Positions 56,368 through 64,000 of a stretch of 64,000 nt of DNA are shown here, piece by piece. Location of the stretch: the NCBI RefSeq assembly GCF_009914755.1, contig NC_060930.1. One strand, 5' to 3'. The position numbers and the translations under genes were made by a program. The DNA comes from the human T2T-CHM13v2.0 reference genome, Homo sapiens. The stretch's first letter is position 1. The number at the start of each line of letters is the position of its first letter. A model generated the notes under the pieces. That model made no database searches, had not been told where the DNA came from, and saw only the letters and a list, made by a program, of their open reading frames with translations.

Positions 56368-56519
56368 TAGAGACGGGGTTTCACCATGTTAGCCAGGCCG
56401 TTCTCGAACTCCTGACCTCAGGTGATCTGCCCTCCCTGGCCTCCCAAAGCGCTGGGATTACAGGTATGAGCCACCTCACCTGGCCTTGACACTGGTATTA
56501 ATAGCCCTTGATTTTCGTC

Positions 56520-57935
56520 GTTGTTGTTTATAATTGACACATAATAATTGTGCATGTGTGTGGGGTACAGTGTGGTGTTTCGGTACTTGCATATGTTGTG
56601 TAATGATCAAATCAGGTTAGTTACATTCATCACCTAGAACGTTTATCATTTCTTTGTGGTGATAGCTTTCAAGATCTTTTCTAGCTGTCTGGAAATATAC
56701 AATACATTGTCATTAGCTTTAGTCACTCTACTATGTAAGAGAACACTGGAATTTATTCCTCCTATCTAAGTGTAACTTTATACCTACTGATGGACCAACC
56801 TCTCCCCATTTCCCCTCCCCCATCCCTCTCCAGCCTCTGGTAACCACCATTCTATTCTCTATTTCTATGAGATCAGCTTTCCTAGATTGCACATGTAAGT
56901 GACATCCTATGATATTTGCCTTTCTGCACCTGGCTTATTTCACTTCATGTTATGTCCTCCAGGTTCATCCATGTTGCCACAAATGACAGGATTTCATTCC
57001 TTTTTATGGTTGAATGATACTCCATTGTGTATACACACCACACTTTCTTTATCCTCCATTAATGGGCATTTGGATTGGTTCCATCTCTTGGCTACTGTGA
57101 ATAGTGCTGTAACAAACATGGGAATGCAGACGGCTTCTCAGCATAGCGGTTTCAGTTCCCATGCGTATATACCTAGTGGTGGGAATGGCTGGGTCATATG
57201 GTAGTTGTTTTTTTAATTTTGTGAGAAATCTTCATACTGTTTTCTCTAATGGCTATATTAATCTGCATTCCCACCAACAGTGTACAAGAGCTCCCCTTTC
57301 CACATATCCTCGCCAGCATTTGTTATTGTCATTTTTGATAATAGCCATTCTAGCTTGATATCTCATTGTGGTTTTGATTTGCATTTCCCTGATAATTAAT
57401 GATGTTGAGTGTTTTGTCATATACCTGCAGGCCATTTGTATGTCCTTTGGGAGATGTCTGTTCACGTCTTTTGCACATTTTTTATTTGAATTATTTGTTT
57501 TTTTGTTATTAAGTTATTTGAGTTCCTTATATATTCTGGATGTTAACCCCTTGTCGGACGCATACTTTGCAAATATTTTCTCCCATTCTGTAGGTTGTCT
57601 CTGCTTTGTTGATTGTTTGCTTTGCTATGAAGAATGTTTTTAGTTTGATATAATCCCACTGATGTATTTTTGCTTTCGTTGCCTATTTTGTTGAGGTCCT
57701 ATCCAAAAAAACCTTGTCCAGACCAATGTCATGAAGCATTTCCCCTGTGTTTTCTTCTAGTAGTTTTATGGTTTGAGACCTTATATTTAAGTCTTTAATT
57801 CCTTTTGAGTTGATTTTTATAGAAGTGAGCGATGAGGGCCTACTTTCATTCTTCTGCATGTGGATATCCAGTTTTCCCAGTGCTATTTATTGAAGAGGCT
57901 CTCTTTCCACAATGTGTGTTCTTAGTACCTTTGCC
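56520..57935 (-). mobile_element. Old L1 (L1MA/L1MB-type) 3' fragment
   Basis: ORF2 C-terminal remnant (MNRH...[15 protein letters not shown]...CWWEC) plus L1 3' UTR. Confidence 0.88.
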
Positions 57936-59318
57936 TTGACTTATTTTTTGACAAGGAATCATTTATTCCGTATTTTTCTTTGGGAAAATTCTCATAGAGT
58001 GAATTTGTATGGTGTTATATTGAAAAAGAGTAGGTACCTTAATTTATTAGTTAAGATTTGTGTTGGCATTTGTTGCTTCTACCAAATGCTTGGTACAGGT
58101 GGCAATAGTTTCCTCGCTTCATTCTGGTCTCTGCTTGGACATCGTGGCCTCTGACCACCCTCCACCCATCATCACTCTGTTAGCCTTTTACCCCACTGAA
58201 CCTTTATTTTTCTGCATGTCATTTATTCTTTCCAGTGATTTTATTATTATTATTATTTGGAAGGGAGGAACTTCCCTCCTCCACTAGAGTATAAGATCCA
58301 CGAGGACAGTTTTGTTTATAGCTGTATTTCCTTTACTTAGAACTGATACAGAGTAAGTGCTCAAACCATTTGTTGAATGAATGAAAGAATGCCAAATGAA
58401 TGAAACAAAGCTTTCTTTCTGATTTTGTACCTCAAATGGTTTCCCCTGCCACTGCACAGGTAGTGATTTTTGCTAGGCAATGAAACAAAAATGGTAAACC
58501 AACCCTTCCCCAGAGCCTCTGAGTGAGATCTATATGCAAAGATAAGTATCTTCTCACTTGTGAGCAAATATTTTTGTTAAGTGAGATGAATCAGGATCTT
58601 ATCTCCTGGCATAAAATAGACAGAGAGGACAAAGCATTGCTTATTTAGAGACACACCCAGACATTTATTAGCTTCCCAAAATGTAGCTTGGTCTTTTTCC
58701 TAAATAGTGAATTATTTTAGTGTTTCCCATAAAAGGAGCTGTGCATGCTAAGAATTTTTCTAGCATAAGCCTTTGGAAAGGCTTCTTGTGTGTCATTGAG
58801 GTCCAGATAACCCGAGGGCCTCTGTGACTGCTTGGACGTCATGATTAGTGAGCTGTGTTGAACACATTGTGTTTGAAACGCACAGGCTTAGCTGGGCCAG
58901 ATTGGAATGCTTCAGATTCATGCTTCCTGTCCTTCCTGAAAACTGGCAGTGTGTTTGGCTTAAAGTATGCTTGTTGACAGAGAAGTGTCCTTTGTCTATC
59001 TAAACCTTAATAGCTGTTGAGCTTTGGTTTTGTTCTGTTTTGTCTTTTTCTGGCACAGAGTAGAGCCATAGAAAGGCAGAGAAGTCACTAAAAAATTCAG
59101 CCAAGCCTTTTAATTTTTTTTTTGAGCCTTGTACACATGATGAAAAGAAAAAAATAGGCTTTTTATTATGCTTTACACCAAGTTTCCAACAAGGAGCAAA
59201 ACAACAACAAACTATAACAGATGCATTTTCATGAATCCACTTTTTATATAAAGCTTCCTTTGTTGGGTCTCATTTTCACAAAACTAATTTTTATTTTGTT
59301 TTTTTGTTTTCTCTTTAG

Positions 59319-59443
59319 ATTATAGATGAAATCTTAAAGATCAATGAAGATACCAGAGTACATGGCCTTGCCCTTCAGATCTCTGAGAACTTGTTTAGCA
59401 ACAAAGTCCTCAATGCCTTGAAACCAGAAAAAGATGTGGATGG
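59319..59443 (+). CDS. MTHFD1L: MTHFD1L exon 5 (IIDEILKINED...PEKDVDG)
   Basis: AG/GT boundaries and the KDVDG motif of the dehydrogenase/cyclohydrolase fold. Confidence 0.94.
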
Positions 59444-60648
59444 GTAAGAAAATAAAATCAAATAATCAACCTTTATGGCTAAATCACTTTTTCTATTGTG
59501 CCTGCTTTTATTTTTCTAAATTTCTTCTATTTATTTCAACTGTGTCAGTAATTGGATAAAAAAATCATTTTAAATATTTCAGGAGTCTATAGGATTTTTT
59601 TTTTTTTGAGATGGAGTCTCGCTCTGTTGCCCAGGCTAGAGTGCAGTGGCGTGATCTTGGCTCACCACAACCTCCATCTCCTGGGTTCAAGCGATTTTCC
59701 TGCCTCAGCCTCCTGAGTAGCTGGGATTACAGGCATGCGCTACCATGCCTGGCTAATTTTTGTATTTTTAGTAGAGACGGGGTTTTACCATGTTGGCCAG
59801 GATGGTGTCTATCTCCTGACCTTGTGATCCACTCACCTCAGCCTCCCAAAATGTTGGGATTACAGGCGTGAGCCACCGTGTCTGGCCATCTGTAGCCTTT
59901 TAAAATTCTGCATGCAAAAGTTACATATTTTGGAAAATACATTAGCCCTTTTATAGTGCTTCAATGCCATATGATCTTACACCATCAGATTCATTTAATA
60001 AATTCCGGTCTGACTTATACAATCTTTAGCCAGCTCTATTCTTCTAATAGTTTTTTCCTTGGTAATTCTACCAGACCAGAGAAGAAAACTTAGAAACCTG
60101 ATTCCCCAGCAGTACCATATTCTGTCTTAGTCCCAGGCCAGTTGAGAAAAGCAAAATAAATACTTTTCTTAATGACACAAGGTTTTATTTGAAATTTGGA
60201 GGGGAACATCATAACTATTGGGTGCTGTAATGTTGGCCTGTGATTCATGTCATGGAGTGACATAAGCTTCATAGAACAAAGGATACCGGCCGTCTCCAGT
60301 GGGGGATAAGCATGCTTCCTGGGGATTAAAACCCCATTTTCCTCCATGGAAATATAGGAAGTGTTTTGTACTGTGGCCAAAAAGAACACAATGTGTTAAT
60401 GGTTATAGGTTGTAAGCAGATTTATAAAGTTAGATTCCAGATCCGGTAGACCCTGCAGGGGCTGGATGGGGAGGCTACCACCTTCCTGAGACACCCAGCA
60501 ATCTTCCATTCTAGCCTTTTATTGTGACTTGAGTAGACCCAAACACAGGCTGAAAAGGTGTCATGAACACCTCCAGTCCTGGCTGGGCACAGTGGCTCAC
60601 ACCTGTAATCCTAGCACTTTGGGAGGCCAAGGCAGGAGGATCTCTTGA

Positions 60649-60933
<285 letters not shown>

Positions 60934-61712
60934 TGACCCGCCTGCCTCGGCCTCCCAAAGTGCTGGGATTACAGGAGTGAGCCACCGCGCCTGGCCCCTT
61001 GTCTCTATTTTTAAGTAAATAATTAAACATTTTTTTAAAAAACGACAATCTCCAGTCCTGTCGTAGACTAACTGTAAAAGGAGAAGAAGCACTAATCCAT
61101 GAGAAAACTTTCAGAACTTGAAGGTCCTAGGGCATAGTTTCAAGTCTTTCATAAAAGGAGGGGAATTCATGCTGAGGCCCAGCCAGGAAAAACCAACCAA
61201 ACAAAAACAACAGAGAGTAAAAGGAGAAATTACGAAAATGGTTCTAAATGTCTCCATTCTGTTACTGAGATTGACGTGCTCAGTTTAGGCTAGATAGCTG
61301 TGGAATGTTTTGTCCTAGATTTGAACAGGGAAAGGCACAGAACCCTTCAGAAGTGTGTGGTCACTCATTTTTTCCACTGCCCCCCACCCCGACTTCTCAA
61401 GGAGATAAATATCGAGGTCAAGTTGAAATCAGACCTGTGACCTGTGCCTCAATCCCAGGTCTTACTGGGTCACTCCAGATTTATAGGATTGGTTCTGGGT
61501 TTTGAGTGGACTGCAGGACCATGCTTCTGTGTAACTCTAGGGATGCTAGTCCATTGGGGTCCATTGAAAGGAGCTCCCTGGAGTTGCGAAGTGAAGCCCT
61601 GTATGGCTTTAGGCTGTGTCCTGGTATATTGGCAGAACCGGAACACCCAATGTCAGGGCCAGGGTGAAGTTTCCTAAGGTACTGCCTTAGAATTTTCTAA
61701 GACCTTTATTGA

Positions 61713-61877
<165 letters not shown>

Positions 61878-62190
61878 TAGTAGCTGGGATTACAGGCACG
61901 TGCCATCACGCCCAGCTACCTTTTGTATTTTTAGTGGAGTTGAGGTTTCGCCATGTTGGCCAGGCTAGTCTCGAGCTCCTGACCTCATGTGATCCACCCG
62001 CCTCAGCCTCCCAAAATGCTGGGATTACAGGCGTGAGCCACCATGCCTGGTCCTCTTTAATTCATTTTTATGTATTCTGTCTATCAAACATTGACTTGGA
62101 TGTTATTTGGGGTTAATATATGTACATTACACGTGAGTGATTTTTTTGGCTGGGCTTTGACTTAACCTACTTCTTTATTTTCTGATTCAG

Positions 62191-62291
62191 AGTAACAGAC
62201 ATAAACCTGGGGAAGCTGGTGCGAGGGGATGCCCATGAATGTTTTGTTTCACCTGTTGCCAAAGCTGTAATTGAACTTCTTGAAAAATCAG
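62191..62291 (+). CDS. MTHFD1L: MTHFD1L exon 6 (VTDINLGKLVRG...LLEKS)
   Basis: AG/GT boundaries, phase-consistent with exon 5. The gene continues beyond the window. Confidence 0.93.
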
Positions 62292-64000
62292 GTAGGATGC
62301 TCCTTGAGAAATGCCGCTGATTTCTATTTATTGGTATTTACATTATTTTTAATAAGGATTTGTTTGGGGAAGAATTAAAAATTTTTTTAAATTATTATTC
62401 TGATATCCTTTTAGGATGTTTCTAGAAGATTCTAATTGAACATAGAAGTGATATTTCACGTTGACTTTTTTTATTTTTCTCATCTTTTGGGAGATACAGA
62501 TGAATACCTAGAAACTTTTTCTAGTAAGACCATCTTATAAATTAAAAGAGAAATTAGTAGAGATAAACGATTAGCCCTGTTTTAAACATGCTCAATTTCT
62601 CTCATGAAACAGTCAAAATAACCACAGTAAAATATGCTTCCAGTTTCAGCTTACTAAATCTATCAATATGTAGCCTTAGATAAGACTTACGTTGAAGACT
62701 TAAATGAGGCCAGGCACAGCGGCTCATGCCTATAATCTCAGTGCTAGGCGAGGCCAAGGCCAGAGGATCACTTCAGGCCAGGAGTTCGAGACCAGCCTGG
62801 GCAAACATACTGAGACCTTGTCTCTACAAAAAAAATTTAAAAATTAGCTGGGTATGGTGGTGTGCACGTGTAGTCCCAGCTATGCTGGAGGCTCAGGCGG
62901 GAAGATCGCTTGAGCCCAGGAGTTTGAGGTTACAGTGAGCTGTGATTGCACCACTGCACTCTAGCCTGGGCAATATAGCAAGACCCTGCCTCAAAAAAAA
63001 AAAAAAAAAAAAAAAGAGAAGAAGAAGAAGCCGGTAGATGTAGTTTAGGGCACAGGAGCCTAGGTTGGGATTTATTGGTGAGCAGCTTGCTTTTCAGTAG
63101 TCAGGACTTAATTTCCATTGTTGTCCCCTTGACTTGGCGTTTTTATGTCAGTGAAATAGAAATGAATATTTTCTCTTTCTTCATTATTAAGTTTAATGAG
63201 TAAATTACTACCAAGTATTTATATATTTAAGGGCTTTCTGAGAACATAAAGATTCAACTAATTGGGCCGGCACAGTAGCTCACACCTGTAATCCCAGCAC
63301 TTTGTGGAGCCAAGATGGGAGGATTGCTTGAGCCCAGGAGTTTGAGACCAGCTTGGGGAACATAGGGAGACTCCATCTCTACCAAAAAAAATTTTTTTTT
63401 TAATTAGCCAGGTGTGGTGACTTGTGCCTGTAGTCCCGGCTACTTGGGAGGCTGAGGTAGGAGAATGGCTGGAGCCTGGGAGGTCAAGGCTTCAGTGAGC
63501 TGTGATCACACCGCAGCATTCCATCCTGGGCAACAAGCAAGATCCTATCTGAAAAAAAAAAAAAAAGAAAAGAAAAAATTCAACGAACTAAATCTTTTTC
63601 TCTACTCCAGTTTGAATAGAAATGAAGCAAATGCCCCTCCCTACCCCTGAACATCCAACAATCAAAGAAAAATTTCAAAAATATATGGCAAAGTTTTATT
63701 AAAAGGTTAACATTCAGGATATATATGCTTTTTGGACAGTAATATTAAGCTCAAATCTATGAAATAATCCATATATACAGTGCTTTTTCATTACGTGGAT
63801 TATCAAGATGAAGATTCTGAGCCACTTCATTAGAAAGTACTCAAAGAAAAGAGTAAATTAGGCTGGTGAGTTATAGTTACATATTGTGGAAAGAAATTCA
63901 GCAACAGGAATTGGAACCAAAAGGGTTTGAATAGAGAATTTTTGTTGATTACAACACCCCACTCCTAGTTCCTAGTCATTGTAGGTTGGTGCTGAGAAAG

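Overview
Human (or very close great-ape) genomic DNA that I recognise from the encoded proteins as the PLEKHG1-MTHFD1L interval (6q25.1). On the + strand it holds the last three coding exons and 3' UTR of PLEKHG1 (to about 20.2 kb), then a retrovirus-packed intergenic stretch, then the CpG-island promoter and coding exons 1-6 of MTHFD1L. The intergenic stretch contains a gag/pro-deleted ERV9/LTR12 provirus, an LTR10-like solo LTR with a perfect p53 site, and a 5'-truncated HERV-K(HML-2) env plus LTR5. A PDCL3 processed pseudogene lies in a PLEKHG1 intron. Most short ORFs in the supplied track are Alu or LTR artefacts. The most unexpected signal is an antisense, CpG-retaining fossil at about 11.2-12.0 kb that reads as a Gypsy integrase C-terminus followed by the start of reverse transcriptase. 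That IN-before-RT order is typical of Gmr1-like LTR retrotransposons. All family assignments come from recalled consensus sequences, not database searches, and repeat boundaries without a stated TSD are approximate.
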